Below are positions 40,768 to 53,516 of a DNA stretch of 64,000 nt, piece by piece (the stretch's first letter is position 1; every line of letters begins with the position of its first letter). The notes beneath the pieces were generated by a model. The model saw only the letters and a list, made by a program, of their open reading frames with translations. It was not told the DNA's origin and searched no databases. A program made the position numbers and the translations under genes. Origin of the DNA: Haloplanus sp. (GTDB taxonomy: Archaea > Halobacteriota > Halobacteria > Halobacteriales > Haloferacaceae); the NCBI RefSeq assembly GCF_028275055.1, contig NZ_JAQCNJ010000072.1, positions 4,508-68,507 of the forward strand, written 5' to 3'.

Positions 40768-41279
40768 TCGTCGTTGAGGGGGCTGTGACCGTCGACGACC
40801 TCGACACCGTTCTGTCGGAGTTGAACGCCGTCGCCGCCGCCCACGACGTGACCGTGCAAGCCTTCGACGCACGCTACGTCGTCGACCGCCGACACCTAGA
40901 ACGTGCGGTCGAACTCGCCGACCGCGCCTTCGACCGCGGCGAGAACGTCGCCCGCGAGCGAAGCGTGGAAATCCTGTTGTACGCCGCCGGTCGGCGACAG
41001 ATCGACGACGCACTCGAGATGGGGGTGAGCGAGGGTCGACTCCCCGTGGCCGTCGTCGTGGCGGCCACCGGCGACGCCCCGGACCGGGAGACGGCCGCGG
41101 CCGACGCCCTCCGGGAGCGACTCGACCTCGATATCGACCCTACGGCAACGCTCGATTCGACCGACGACGACCGGGTGCGGGACTTTTTCGACGTGACGTC
41201 GGCGGAACTCGATGCCGTCGACGGTGACCTCTCGGACCTGATCGCGGAGCGGGTCGCCCTGCTAGATGTAAAAAAATGA
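40764..41279 (+). CDS. cgi121: KEOPS complex subunit Cgi121
   Basis: [25 protein letters not shown]; overlaps hel308 stop. Confidence 0.92.
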   Translation: MIVVEGAVTVDDLDTVLSELNAVAAAHDVTVQAFDARYVVDRRHLERAVELADRAFDRGENVARERSVEILLYAAGRRQIDDALEMGVSEGRLPVAVVVAATGDAPDRETAAADALRERLDLDIDPTATLDSTDDDRVRDFFDVTSAELDAVDGDLSDLIAERVALLDVKK

Positions 41280-41335
41280 TGTGAAACTCGCCAACGTCGC
41301 GGCTTACATATGGTGTGGTCGTGTAGTGGCTACGG

Positions 41336-43051
41336 ATGACTTCGGACGAAACCGACACCGACGACGCACCGACGGACATGGAAATCGCGACGGCGACAGA
41401 GACCCGACCGATCGAGGACGTGGCCGGGGATCTCGGTCTCGCGCCCGAGGATCTCGACCCGCAGGGAAACGGCATCGCGAAGATCGAACAGGAGGCGATC
41501 CGGCGAACGCTGACCGACGCCGACGAGGGAAAACTGATCCTCGTCACGGGGACGACGGCAACCCCGAAGGGAGCCGGCAAGACCGTCACGACGGTCGGCC
41601 TCGGACAAGGGTTGAACCACCTCGGCCACCGCGGCGTCGTCGCGGTGCGTGAACCCTCGCTGGGGCCGGTGTTCGGGATCAAAGGCGGGGCCGCCGGCGG
41701 CGGCCACTCGCAGGTGCTGCCGATGGAGGACATCAACCTCCATTTCACCGGCGACCTCCACGCGTTGACGACCGCTCACAACCTCGTGTCGGCAACGCTC
41801 GACACAAAGGTCCACTACGGCAACGACCTCGATGTCGACGTCGACGAGGTCGCGTGGAAGCGTGCACTGGATATGAACGACCGTGCGCTCCGCGAGGTGG
41901 TCGTCGGCCTCGGTGGATCGACGAACGGCCCGCCCCGCGAGGATAGCTTCCAGATCACGGCCGCCTCGGAGGTGATGGCGGTGCTTTGTCTCGCCGACTC
42001 ACTCGCCGACCTCAAGGAGCGACTGGCCCGCATGATCGTCGCCTACGACACGGCCGGCGACCCCGTCACGGTCGACGACCTGGGCATCGAGGGGGCGATG
42101 GCGATGCTGTTGAAAGACGCTCTCCGTCCCAACCTGGTCCAGACCATCGAGGGGTCGCCCGCGTTCGTCCACGGCGGTCCCTTCGCCAACATCGCCCACG
42201 GGACGAACTCGCTGGTGGCGGACAAACTCGGCCTCGCTCTCGGGGAGTATCTCGTCACGGAGGCCGGTTTCGCCGCCGATCTGGGCTTCGAGAAGTTCGG
42301 GAACATCGTCTCCCGGCGCGGTGTCTCGCCCGACGCGGCCGTTCTGACGACCGCCGTCCGGTCGATGAAGTACCACGGGCTGGAGATGTGGCCGACCGAC
42401 TACGACCGCCTGAAAGACCCCGACCCCGAGGCGGTCCGGAACGGCATGACGAACCTCGACCACCACGCCGGCATCATCGAACAGTTCGGCGTCCCGTTTG
42501 TCGTCGCGATCAACCGCTTCCCGACCGACACCGACGAGGAGATTCAGGCGATCATCGACCACTGCGAGGAGCAGGGCTATCCGGTCGTCGTGAGCGAGGC
42601 GTTCGCCGACGGTGGGGCCGGTGCCGCCGATCTGGCCGAGACGGCGAAAAATCTCGCCGACAGCGACGAGGGTGACTTCCAACCGTTGTACGACCTCGAC
42701 GAGAGCCTCGAGGAGAAGATCCGGACCGTGGCGACCGACGTCTACGGCGCCGAGGACGCTCATTTCACAGAGGCGGCACAGGACGACCTTGAGCGGTTGG
42801 AGAAACAGGGATACGGCGATATGCCCGTCTGTCTCTCGAAGACCCAGCACTCGACCACGGACGACCCGACGCGCAAGGGCGCGCCGGCCGACGACTGGAC
42901 GCTCACGGTTCGGGAGTGTTACCCCGATGCCGGTGCTGGATTCGTCGTCGTCCTCACCGGCGACGTGCTCACCATGCCCGGCCTGCCGGCCGAACCCGCC
43001 GCCGAGGGCATGGACGTCGACGAGGACGGGAGCGTCACCGGCCTGTTTTAA
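41336..43051 (+). CDS. fhs: Formate--tetrahydrofolate ligase
   Basis: REPSLGP, IKGGAAGGG, HGGPFANIAHG, TEAGF, TMPGLP. Confidence 0.97.
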   Translation: MTSDETDTDDAPTDMEIATATETRPIEDVAGDLGLAPEDLDPQGNGIAKIEQEAIRRTLTDADEGKLILVTGTTATPKGAGKTVTTVGLGQGLNHLGHRGVVAVREPSLGPVFGIKGGAAGGGHSQVLPMEDINLHFTGDLHALTTAHNLVSATLDTKVHYGNDLDVDVDEVAWKRALDMNDRALREVVVGLGGSTNGPPREDSFQITAASEVMAVLCLADSLADLKERLARMIVAYDTAGDPVTVDDLGIEGAMAMLLKDALRPNLVQTIEGSPAFVHGGPFANIAHGTNSLVADKLGLALGEYLVTEAGFAADLGFEKFGNIVSRRGVSPDAAVLTTAVRSMKYHGLEMWPTDYDRLKDPDPEAVRNGMTNLDHHAGIIEQFGVPFVVAINRFPTDTDEEIQAIIDHCEEQGYPVVVSEAFADGGAGAADLAETAKNLADSDEGDFQPLYDLDESLEEKIRTVATDVYGAEDAHFTEAAQDDLERLEKQGYGDMPVCLSKTQHSTTDDPTRKGAPADDWTLTVRECYPDAGAGFVVVLTGDVLTMPGLPAEPAAEGMDVDEDGSVTGLF

Positions 43052-43119
43052 TCGGCCGAGGCAGCCTCAAAGGCAAAAAAGATACCAGGGATCATCTATA
43101 TACCGTCATTGTCCACCGG

Positions 43120-43226
43120 GTTGTGGAGACACCCCCACGCCTCGGCTCCGGTCGGCGTGCCGGTGGGCAACCGATCGCCGACACCGGATCGCGCCTTCTC
43201 CCCCCTCGGCGCGGTCCGTCCCTTTT
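43120..43226 (+). ncRNA. Candidate structured small RNA or leader (boundaries approximate)
   Basis: TCTATATA at 43095; hairpin 43147-43188; C-rich-loop hairpin 43190-43213; TTTT 43223-43226. Confidence 0.3.
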
Positions 43227-43270
43227 CCGGATGTGTCAGGTTGAAACGCATCGCTCCCGTATAGGGGCGT

Positions 43271-43588
43271 GTGACAGACCGGATCGACGACACCCCGACC
43301 GTCTCCTGTGAACGGTGTGGCCGGGAATGGGACCTCTCGTACGAACTCGACGAGTTGGTCGCGGGGAACCGCGCCGTCGAGCAGTTCGCTCTCGACCACG
43401 AGCGTCACACGGGCCACTACCCCGACAGCGTGTCGACGTGGCGAGCAACCTGTCGTAACTGCCCGGACGGCGTCGAACGCCTGTCGGCGGATGCGGCCCG
43501 GCGGTGGGCGCGGACACACGCCCGTCACACCCGACACGACGTGACGATCAACCACGCCGACGACGGGACCACGCTGATCGAGGGGTGA
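43271..43588 (+). CDS. Small Cys/His metal-binding protein
   Basis: CERC...HERHTGH and CRNC...HARHTRH, two C2H2-like units. Confidence 0.8.
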   Translation: MTDRIDDTPTVSCERCGREWDLSYELDELVAGNRAVEQFALDHERHTGHYPDSVSTWRATCRNCPDGVERLSADAARRWARTHARHTRHDVTINHADDGTTLIEG

Positions 43589-43594
43589 CGACCA

Positions 43595-43942
43595 TCACCC
43601 TCGCGGGTCGCTCTCCCACCGGTAGTCACACGCCTCACACGCCGCGAACTCGGTGTCGCGGCGGGTCTCGGGATAGAAGGTGGCGTTGTCGATCCGTGAC
43701 CTACACCGCGGACAGACGGCGTGGTCGGGAACGGGCACACGGTCGAACACCGTCCCACAACCGGGACACGTCACCCGTTCGCCCGGTCCGACACCCTTGA
43801 CCGTCGCCCCGCACTCGGCACAAACGTATCGGCGCACGGGTCCGTCGCCCCCGTACTCCGTCTCGGGGTCAGTCCAATCGAGGTCGGTGTCGGTGTCGGT
43901 GTCGTCGCCGGACCCGAGCCACGACAACACCCGCCCGAACAT
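43595..43942 (-). CDS. Small multi-CxxC zinc-ribbon protein
   Basis: CAECG, CPGCG, CPRC, CEAC. Confidence 0.75.
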   Translation of the reverse strand: MFGRVLSWLGSGDDTDTDTDLDWTDPETEYGGDGPVRRYVCAECGATVKGVGPGERVTCPGCGTVFDRVPVPDHAVCPRCRSRIDNATFYPETRRDTEFAACEACDYRWESDPRG

Positions 43943-43988
43943 ATAGACACCATGTCGATCCGGCGACAAAACGGTTCCGGGCCGGGAG

Positions 43989-46049
<2,061 letters not shown>

Positions 46050-46210
46050 GGTGGGTATGTGGGTGCTCGACTGACTTGACGGATTCGCTCTGATGGGGTC
46101 GGGCCGAACGCATATTCGAGTGCGCGACCAACGACCCGTATGGACGGCGCGTGTCTGTGCCGGCGGCGTCGACCCGCCGGCGACGAGTCCGACAGACGGC
46201 GGGGGGGAGA

Positions 46211-46924
46211 ATGAGCGGGGTCGCGGTCGACGCCACCGAGTACGTTCCGGTGGACCGTTGGCGACGCTTGGGCCGGATCGACGCGATCCGGACGCGGGTC
46301 AAACGGATCGCGATCGGTGCCGGAATCGCCCTTGTCGGCCTGACGCTCTGGCCGGCCGGGGACCTGTCGCCGGTCGTCGGGCTGATACGTCTACTCGCGT
46401 TGGTGACCGGGGTCTCCGCGTGGTCGGTGAGCGAGGCGCTCAAAACGGCGACCGACGACGACGCGGACGACGGCTCCGTTCTCGCGGCGGTCGGGGTCAT
46501 CGTTCTCGCGGCGCTCGCGTGGGGGGCCGGGCGCTCCAACGCGGGGTCGCTGCTCTGGCGACTGTTGCTGGGAGAGGCGGTGACGGCCGCGACCGAACCC
46601 GACGCGGGTGGGACGGACGTGGGCTCGGCCGGGAGCGTCGTCGCGGACACCGACCCGACGGTGGACGGCAGAGCCGATCCGACGGCGGGTGCCAACATCG
46701 ACCCGACGGCAACCGCGGCCGCGGATCGGGACGTGGGTGCGGCGTCCCAACCCACGAGCACCTACGTCGGACTCCTCGCCGCCCTGCTCGCCGGTGGCGT
46801 CGTGCTTCTCGCGTCGCTCCCCCGAGCCGGGGGGTTCGATCCCGGAGCGGTGGGCGTTTTTCTGCTCCTGACGGCCGTTGTCGGGGGCGTTGTTGGGCTG
46901 TTCGCCGGTCTGTCGATCCGGTGA
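46211..46924 (+). CDS. Hypothetical membrane protein
   Basis: About five TM segments and an acidic low-complexity loop. Confidence 0.65.
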   Translation: MSGVAVDATEYVPVDRWRRLGRIDAIRTRVKRIAIGAGIALVGLTLWPAGDLSPVVGLIRLLALVTGVSAWSVSEALKTATDDDADDGSVLAAVGVIVLAALAWGAGRSNAGSLLWRLLLGEAVTAATEPDAGGTDVGSAGSVVADTDPTVDGRADPTAGANIDPTATAAADRDVGAASQPTSTYVGLLAALLAGGVVLLASLPRAGGFDPGAVGVFLLLTAVVGGVVGLFAGLSIR

Positions 46925-47025
46925 ACGGAGTACGGGGCCACTGTCGGCTCGGACACGTTCGACCTCCTCGGGCAGACGACCGGCGGTGCCCAAAAAATTT
47001 GCTCCCGGCCGGCGTAGCGCCGCAC

Positions 47026-47289
47026 ATGCCCCACGAGCGCCTCGAATCGGCGAGCGAGGAACTGCACGCCGCGGTGGAATCGGCCGACGGCGAACAACGC
47101 GACCGACTCGAACGGCAGGCCGACCAGTTGGCGGCGTTGGCCGAAACCGGCGCGGACCACGGCCGCCTCGCCAGACACGAGAACACCCTCCGAGAGGTCA
47201 AAACAAAGGCCGACGACGACGTAGCCGCCCGGATCGCCGCCGCGATGGACGCGATCACCGCGTACCGCGAAACCATCGAGGGCGTGTGA
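47026..47289 (+). CDS. Small helical conserved haloarchaeal protein
   Basis: DHGRLARHE...YRETIEGV. Confidence 0.8.
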   Translation: MPHERLESASEELHAAVESADGEQRDRLERQADQLAALAETGADHGRLARHENTLREVKTKADDDVAARIAAAMDAITAYRETIEGV

Positions 47290-47358
47290 ACGACCCCCGA
47301 ACCCCTTTGTTTCCGGTGGAGATTTCGCCGGTCACTCGGCGCGACTAGCTGTCACCCC

Positions 47359-47970
47359 TCAACAGACGTTTTTGGGTTTGATCCCCATCGATTCGAGAAT
47401 GTTCACGTAGTCGTCGTACGCCGCGTCGACCACCGTCCGCGCGGCGGCCGCGGCACGGTCCCAGTCGTCGCCGTCACAGGTCTCGTCGAGACCGTCGAGA
47501 ATCCGGTCGCGGTCGGCGTTGAGTTCGTCGCGGAGGTCACGGAAGGTGCCCGCAGTCGAGGGGTCGGCGTCGCCGACAAAGAAGCCGACCATCTGGCCGA
47601 CGGTCCGGTCGAGAACGAGCGAGTGGCCGAGTGCCCCACCCAGTCGCCCGACGGCGTCGTCGAACTCGGCGAGTGCCGCGTACGTCCGCTCGGCGTCGGG
47701 GGTGCCGGCCGGGTCGGCGTCGACGGTTTCGGCTCGGTCCGTCGCCGTCGCGGTGAGTGCGTCGAACGTGGCCGTGGCCGCGTTGTCGTTGGCCGCCCAC
47801 GCCTCGAACCGCTCGGCCGCCGCCGCCGCGTCCGTCGCCGCCGCGGAACGCACCGCGTCCCCGGTCATCTCGCCGTCGGTCAGGGCGTACAGCCACTTCG
47901 AGGACCCGAGTCGCGACAGCTCAGTCTCCAGGTCGTCGGTCAGCGTCTCCACGAGCGTCGTGCCGTCCAT
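47359..47970 (-). CDS. Ferritin/rubrerythrin-like helical protein
   Basis: LSRLGSSK, QMVGFFVGDAD, MGIKPKNVC. Confidence 0.75.
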   Translation of the reverse strand: MDGTTLVETLTDDLETELSRLGSSKWLYALTDGEMTGDAVRSAAATDAAAAAERFEAWAANDNAATATFDALTATATDRAETVDADPAGTPDAERTYAALAEFDDAVGRLGGALGHSLVLDRTVGQMVGFFVGDADPSTAGTFRDLRDELNADRDRILDGLDETCDGDDWDRAAAAARTVVDAAYDDYVNILESMGIKPKNVC

Positions 47971-48114
47971 GGTCGGCGCTACGACGCCCCATCGTTTGTA
48001 TGCATCGCCACACCCTGCCCTGCCGGAGTGATCGACCCTGTCGCTGCTCGGTCGGTGTCGAAAGAAGTGCGGGTGGCGTCTGGGTCGCTGTGTCGACGCT
48101 CGCGACGAGGCCGG

Positions 48115-48984
48115 TCAGTCGTCGGCGCTGCCCTTCTCGACGGGCGCGCCGACGAGGTTGCCCCACTCGGTCCAGGAGCCGTCGTAGTTGATCGTGTCCT
48201 CGTAGCCGAGCAGTTCGTGGAGCGCGAACCATGCGACCGACGAGCGCTCGCCGATCCGGCAGTAGGCGACGGTCGTCCCCTTGCCGTCGATGCCTTCCTC
48301 GGCGTACAACTCTTCGATCTCCTCGCGGGTTTTGAACGTTCCGTCGTCGTTCGTGACGGCGGCCCACGAGATGTTCTGCGCGCCGGGGATGTGGCCGCCA
48401 CGCTGGGCGGTTTCCTGTAGTCCCGGGGGCGCGAGAATCTCGCCACTGAACTCCTCGGGCGAGCGGACATCGACGAGCGGAACCCCGCGCTCGATGGCGT
48501 TCTCCACGTCCTCGCGGTAGGCACGGATGCTCTCGCGGGGACCGGATACCTCGTAGTCGACGGCCGAGAACTCGGGAACCGCCTCGGTCAGCGGATAGTC
48601 GTTTTCGAGCCAGTAGTCTCGCCCGCCGTCCATCAGGCACACGTCGTCGTGGCCGTAATACTTGAACTGCCAGTAGGTGTAGGCCGCGAACCAGTTGGAG
48701 TTGTCACCGTACAACACGACGGTGGAGTCCTCGGAGATGCCGTGACTGCCAAGCAGGTCCGCGAAGTCCTCGGCCGAGAGGATGTCACGCGTGGTCTGGT
48801 CCTGCAGTTGTGTCTCCCAATTGAAACCGATGGCACCTGGGGCATGGCCCTCGTCGTATGCTTCGGTGTCCACGTCGACTTCCACGAGCCGATGGTCCGA
48901 ATCGTCGCTTTGGAAGTCGTCGAGGTGGTCTTCCACCCAGTCCGCCGATACAAGAACGTCTTTTGCGTACGCTGAATCCGACAT
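48115..48984 (-). CDS. Thiosulfate sulfurtransferase (tandem rhodanese)
   Basis: GHAPGA, GHIPGA, YCRIGERS, YDGSWTEW. Confidence 0.95.
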   Translation of the reverse strand: MSDSAYAKDVLVSADWVEDHLDDFQSDDSDHRLVEVDVDTEAYDEGHAPGAIGFNWETQLQDQTTRDILSAEDFADLLGSHGISEDSTVVLYGDNSNWFAAYTYWQFKYYGHDDVCLMDGGRDYWLENDYPLTEAVPEFSAVDYEVSGPRESIRAYREDVENAIERGVPLVDVRSPEEFSGEILAPPGLQETAQRGGHIPGAQNISWAAVTNDDGTFKTREEIEELYAEEGIDGKGTTVAYCRIGERSSVAWFALHELLGYEDTINYDGSWTEWGNLVGAPVEKGSADD

Positions 48985-49214
48985 GGCGACGGGTAGTACG
49001 TAACCCGCCCCTATAATCCCCACACCAACGGCAGAGGCGACCAGTCCTCCACCGAACCGGAAAATGCTGCCACTGCTTGGCCGGCCGAACGGTTCTGGAT
49101 CCACCCTCTCCCGACTGACAACCGTCGGACCGACGGAAAACAAGCAAATATTGTCTCGGAATGCGACGTTCGCCGAAGCGCCGTTTCTAAACCCGATGGG
49201 GCTGTACGCCGAGT

Positions 49215-50003
49215 ATGGGTATGGACGAACATATCGTCGTCACCGTCGACTGGCTTGCGGCCAACCGCGACGCGGTTCGCGTGGTTGACGTGCGTGACGC
49301 GTGGGAGTTCGACGGCATCGGGCACGTCCCCGGGGCGGTCAACGTTCTGTTCGACCGGTTCCGAAGCGAGACCGGCGACGAGGGGATGCTTCCCGGGCCG
49401 GAGCGGTGGACCGAACTGATGGAGGCGGCCGGCATCGGACCTGGGGATCCTATCGTCGCGTACGACGACGAGCACGGGGTGTTTGCCGCACGGTTTCTGG
49501 TCACGGCGTTGCTGTACGGCCACCGTAATCTACACCTGTTGGACGGCGACTACAGCGCGTGGAGCCGGGCACACGAAACGACGACAAAGACACCGTCGCC
49601 GTCGCCCACGACATACGAGGTTCGGGAGCCGGTGTCGTCGCCGCTTGTCGGCTTCGAGGCCGTTGAGGCCGCACTCGACGCCGACGCGCTGCTCGTCGAC
49701 ACCCGCGAGGCGTGGGAGTATGAGGAGGGCCACCTGCCGGGCGCGATCCAACTCGATTGGCGCGAACTCGTCGACGAGGGGACGCGCGGGCTGAAACCCC
49801 GCGACGAACTCGAGTCGCTGCTGGCAGACAAAGGGATCACCCCCGACCGCCGGATCGTTCTCTACTGCAACACCGCCCGACGGATCAGCCACACGTACGT
49901 TGTTCTCCGACACCTGGGCTACGATGCCGTCGACTTCTACGAGGGGAGTCTCGCCGAGTGGACCGAGCGTGGGGGGCGGTTGGCCGAAGGCGACGCGCAG
50001 TGA
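49215..50003 (+). CDS. Sulfurtransferase (tandem rhodanese), divergent paralog
   Basis: GHVPGA, GHLPGA, YCNTARR, YEGSLAEW. Confidence 0.93.
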   Translation: MGMDEHIVVTVDWLAANRDAVRVVDVRDAWEFDGIGHVPGAVNVLFDRFRSETGDEGMLPGPERWTELMEAAGIGPGDPIVAYDDEHGVFAARFLVTALLYGHRNLHLLDGDYSAWSRAHETTTKTPSPSPTTYEVREPVSSPLVGFEAVEAALDADALLVDTREAWEYEEGHLPGAIQLDWRELVDEGTRGLKPRDELESLLADKGITPDRRIVLYCNTARRISHTYVVLRHLGYDAVDFYEGSLAEWTERGGRLAEGDAQ

Positions 50004-50096
50004 TCGTATGGAACCGCGCGTTGGGGGAGAAGCGGCGGCGAGTCCGAATGACCGACGGGACCGAGCCCTCGAATCGGGGCCGACCGACCCGTCGGT

Positions 50097-51098
50097 TCAG
50101 CTCTCCCCGACCGACGCCTCGTTGAGCTCCGCCGAGAGGCGTTCGGCGCTCTCGACGGCGAGCGCGACCGCCAGTGGTCCGGCGATGATCCCGACAGGCC
50201 CTAGTGTCAGGAGGCCGCCGACAAACCCGACGAAGTAGAGGCTCCCCGGAAGATCGGCGGTCTCGCGGGCGAGTCGTGGCCGGATCAACACGTCCGGCAA
50301 CCACGCGATGAGAAAGAGGCCTGCAACGAGGACCATCGCCGCCCGCGTGAGGTCACCGGCGACCACGTGGCCCGCACCGACGACGAGTATCAACACCGAC
50401 GGGCCAACCACCGGCACGAACTGGAGAATCGCGGCGACAACGGCCAGCGTGAGGAAGTACGGGTAGCCGAGCAGAAAGAAAAACACCACCGCGATGGCGA
50501 AGGTGCCGACGGCCGTTGCCGCCTGCAGAACGTAGATTCCAAAGAGGGTCGCACGGGTTCGTCGTCCGAGCCCCCGGGCCAGATCGCGATACCCCTGCGG
50601 GACGACGGCGATGGCTGCGCGGTTGGCGTCGGCGGTCCGTGTGAGGAGGGCGAACACGAGCATCACGAACACGGTCAGTTTGAGCGCCAGAACGGGCACG
50701 ACGACGGCGACCGACCGGGCGAGACGCCGCCCGTACCCCAGTACCGTCGTTCTAGCTTCCGAGAGCGTTACCGTCGCGGAGAACCCGTAGCGGTCGATCG
50801 TCAGCGTCGGGGGAAGCGCAGAGAGGACCGAGAGGAGTTCATCGAGGCGGCCGACAACCACCAACAAGAGCGGAAGCGCGAGGGCGACGACCGCGAGCGC
50901 CGCCGCCGCCGTCGCGGTGAGACTCGCCCACCACGTCGAAAGCCCACGGCGGGTCAGTTCCTCGTGAAGCGGCACGAGTAGATAGGCGACCGTCACGGCG
51001 AAAAACACCGTTGCGAGCACGTCCGCGACGAGGACGGCGGTCCCGATGGCCGCGAAAGCGAACACCGCGCCGAGAACGTACCGACGCTCGATCGCCAC
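50097..51098 (-). CDS. AI-2E family transporter
   Basis: QFVPVVGP, IRPRLA, GPVGIIAGP; start uncertain. Confidence 0.9.
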   Translation of the reverse strand: MAIERRYVLGAVFAFAAIGTAVLVADVLATVFFAVTVAYLLVPLHEELTRRGLSTWWASLTATAAAALAVVALALPLLLVVVGRLDELLSVLSALPPTLTIDRYGFSATVTLSEARTTVLGYGRRLARSVAVVVPVLALKLTVFVMLVFALLTRTADANRAAIAVVPQGYRDLARGLGRRTRATLFGIYVLQAATAVGTFAIAVVFFFLLGYPYFLTLAVVAAILQFVPVVGPSVLILVVGAGHVVAGDLTRAAMVLVAGLFLIAWLPDVLIRPRLARETADLPGSLYFVGFVGGLLTLGPVGIIAGPLAVALAVESAERLSAELNEASVGES

Positions 51099-51190
51099 GC
51101 CCGGACGTGCGTCAGGTGGAGGCAAAACCGTTTCCCGCGGCGGCCGACGAAACCGCCGGCGCTTTAGCCACAGCGCGCCTCAACCGATGT

Positions 51191-51646
51191 ATGGTCGGAG
51201 CGCGGCGGCGGTACAACGTGGCCGACACCGCACAACAGATCGTCGGCGGATTCCTGCTTGCCGGCCCGTTTGTCGTGACCGAGGAGGTGTGGGTGCTCGC
51301 CGCCGGCATGTCGTGGCCACAGGCCGCCGTGAGCTTCGGCATCGTCCTCGCGATCGGGTACGGCGCGCTGTATAAGGCCGACGACCGCGACCCCGACGCC
51401 GAGACCGAGGTCGGTGGAGTTCCGATCCGCTTTCTCTCCCTCGTGGCCGTCTCATACGGTTCTGTGTTCGCCCTCGCTCTGGCTTTCGGCGCACCGGCGA
51501 CGTTCGTCGGCGATGTCGGCGGCCGCCTCGTCGGCGTCGGGGGTGTCGATATCGACCTCCGCGCGGCCGAGGTGACGTTCAAAGCTGTCAGTGTCGGCTC
51601 CGTGTTTAGCGTCGTCGGTGCGGCGACAGCCGACTCGTTGTTCTGA
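51191..51646 (+). CDS. DUF2391-like membrane protein
   Basis: DTAQQIVGGFLLAGPFVVTEEVW, GAATADS. Confidence 0.85.
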   Translation: MVGARRRYNVADTAQQIVGGFLLAGPFVVTEEVWVLAAGMSWPQAAVSFGIVLAIGYGALYKADDRDPDAETEVGGVPIRFLSLVAVSYGSVFALALAFGAPATFVGDVGGRLVGVGGVDIDLRAAEVTFKAVSVGSVFSVVGAATADSLF

Positions 51647-51857
51647 CCTGCGCCGGGGACCGACCTCCCGTTGCCGGTTGAACGTCGGGACGCGATGTCT
51701 GTTGTCACGCCACATACATAAGTTGAACAACCGGGTTGTGGTGCCCGCCGGCCGGATGCACATGACGATGCCGATGCCGATGTCGATGCCACCGACACGC
51801 CGCCGATCAGCAAGGGCGTCCCCAGTTTTTTACCGGAAGCCGCCGCCACGTCGTCGT

Positions 51858-52604
51858 ATGGTAGACACCACCGGCGTGTCGGCGGCGCTGGTCGGGGCGA
51901 CCGGCGGTGCCGGGACCACCCGGCTTACGATCGAACTCGGCGCGTTGTTGGCGAACGACGGCCGCGAGGTGGCGGTCCTTGATGCCGCCTTCGCCACGCA
52001 GGGCCTCTCCGATCACCTCACAGGACGGCTCGATCCGGACCTGACGACACTCCTGACCGACGGCCGCGACGCCCCACTCGCCGACGGACTGGTCGAGTTC
52101 CCGGTCGATTCCGACGACGGTCGACTGGCGTGTTGTCCGGCGGTTGCACCGTTCGAGCGCCTCGCTCGTGCCAAATCCCCTGACGCCGCTCGGGTTCTCG
52201 AGTCACGCATCGACGCCGCGGCCGGGGCGTTCGATCACGTCCTCGTCGACACACCGCCGGTGGCGGCGAACCAGTCGGTCGCGGCCGTGACTGCCGCGGA
52301 CCGGACGGTCGTAGTGACGCCGGCGACGACCCGCGGCCGCGACGCGGTGCAGCGCATGCGCGGCCGTCTCGACGACGTCGGCGTCACGCCCGACGGAGTC
52401 GTGTCGGTCCGTGGCGATCTCTCCGTCGCGGACGTGACCCTTCCGGAGACGACGGCCGGCGTGACGGCCGCACCGACCTGTCTGTCGGATCGGTCCGTCG
52501 CGACCGCGGTCGCCGACGTGGCGCGTGTCGCCTTGGGTGTCGATCCCTCGACCGGCGACGGACCGGGCCTGCTCGGCTCGGTCGGTGAGTTCGTCTCGCG
52601 GTGA
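51858..52604 (+). CDS. ParA/MinD-like protein with degenerate Walker A
   Basis: GATGGAGTT, VLDAAFATQGL, VLVDTPP. Confidence 0.85.
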   Translation: MVDTTGVSAALVGATGGAGTTRLTIELGALLANDGREVAVLDAAFATQGLSDHLTGRLDPDLTTLLTDGRDAPLADGLVEFPVDSDDGRLACCPAVAPFERLARAKSPDAARVLESRIDAAAGAFDHVLVDTPPVAANQSVAAVTAADRTVVVTPATTRGRDAVQRMRGRLDDVGVTPDGVVSVRGDLSVADVTLPETTAGVTAAPTCLSDRSVATAVADVARVALGVDPSTGDGPGLLGSVGEFVSR

Positions 52605-52783
52605 TGCCACCACAGCGTGTGAACCGGTATCAGTTCTTGGGCAACAGGTATGATTCCTCGGTCGGCGCGATGACCCTCCACAGTAGTAACTGAGTACGAC
52701 CCCGGTCGTGAGGCCCTCCTCCGGCGGGGCTCCCCGGTCCGTACAAGACGCCCGACCACCATCCGATACGCTCCCCGCCACCG

Positions 52784-53028
52784 ATGTCCGATCACACACG
52801 ATCCGAGACGTATCGCCCCCACACACGTACAGCGTGACCGATAGCGCCCTCCTGGCCGCCGCCGTCCACGCCGCGTGTCTGGCTGTCAGCTACCCCGTGG
52901 CGACGGCGCTGTTTGTCGTTACCGTTGCTGTTGCCGTCGCCGTTATCCACACGCGCTATGCGTGGGGTGCCGACCGCTTGCCGACCGACCCACATGCCGT
53001 CGAGGCGAATCCGTCCGACGGCCGGTGA
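52784..53028 (+). other. Small membrane protein, possibly frameshifted
   Basis: Frame from ATG 52784 stops early; hydrophobic segment continues in another frame after a C-run near 52814. Confidence 0.3.
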
Positions 53029-53041
53029 ACACGGCGACCGC

Positions 53042-53491
53042 TCACCCCTCGCCGAACCTGCGACGTGCGTCGTTGAGCACCTCACGTGCGTGACCGTTCG
53101 GGTCGGCGAGCGCCGGTTCGTACGCGGCAACGACCTCCCCGTCCCCGATCAGAAAGGTGAGGCGGTCGGGGTGTCCTCCGTCGGTCGGAACGCCGAACGC
53201 CGACGCGACGGCGCCGTCCGGGTCGGCGAGCAGGTCGAACTGGACCCCCTCCTCGTCGGCGAAATCGGCGTGAACCTCCACGCTGTCCATCGAGACCCCG
53301 TACACCGTGACGCCGAGTCCACGGAACTCGGGAAGCGCGGCTTGGAAATCGGCCGCCTCGACGGTGCAACCGCCGGTAAAATCCTTCGGATAAAAGTACA
53401 CGACCGTCGGCGCCCCGAAGTCGGGCGTGACCGACCTGTCGTCCTGATTTCGCGCCGTTACCTCCGGTACCGGATCGCCGGGTTCAAGCAT
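53042..53491 (-). CDS. bcp: Peroxiredoxin, BCP/PrxQ type
   Basis: VYFYPKDFTGGCTVEA, GVSMD, LLADPDG. Confidence 0.93.
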   Translation of the reverse strand: MLEPGDPVPEVTARNQDDRSVTPDFGAPTVVYFYPKDFTGGCTVEAADFQAALPEFRGLGVTVYGVSMDSVEVHADFADEEGVQFDLLADPDGAVASAFGVPTDGGHPDRLTFLIGDGEVVAAYEPALADPNGHAREVLNDARRRFGEG

Positions 53492-53516
53492 CGGCTACTG
53501 TTGGCACGGCGACGGG

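Noticed and set aside
48115-50003. Divergent pair of rhodaneses as a novel system
   Set aside because: Both are ordinary tandem-domain sulfurtransferases and the pairing is, to my knowledge, common in haloarchaea
51762-51790. GATGCC short tandem repeats
   Set aside because: Few imperfect copies; no supported ORF or structure
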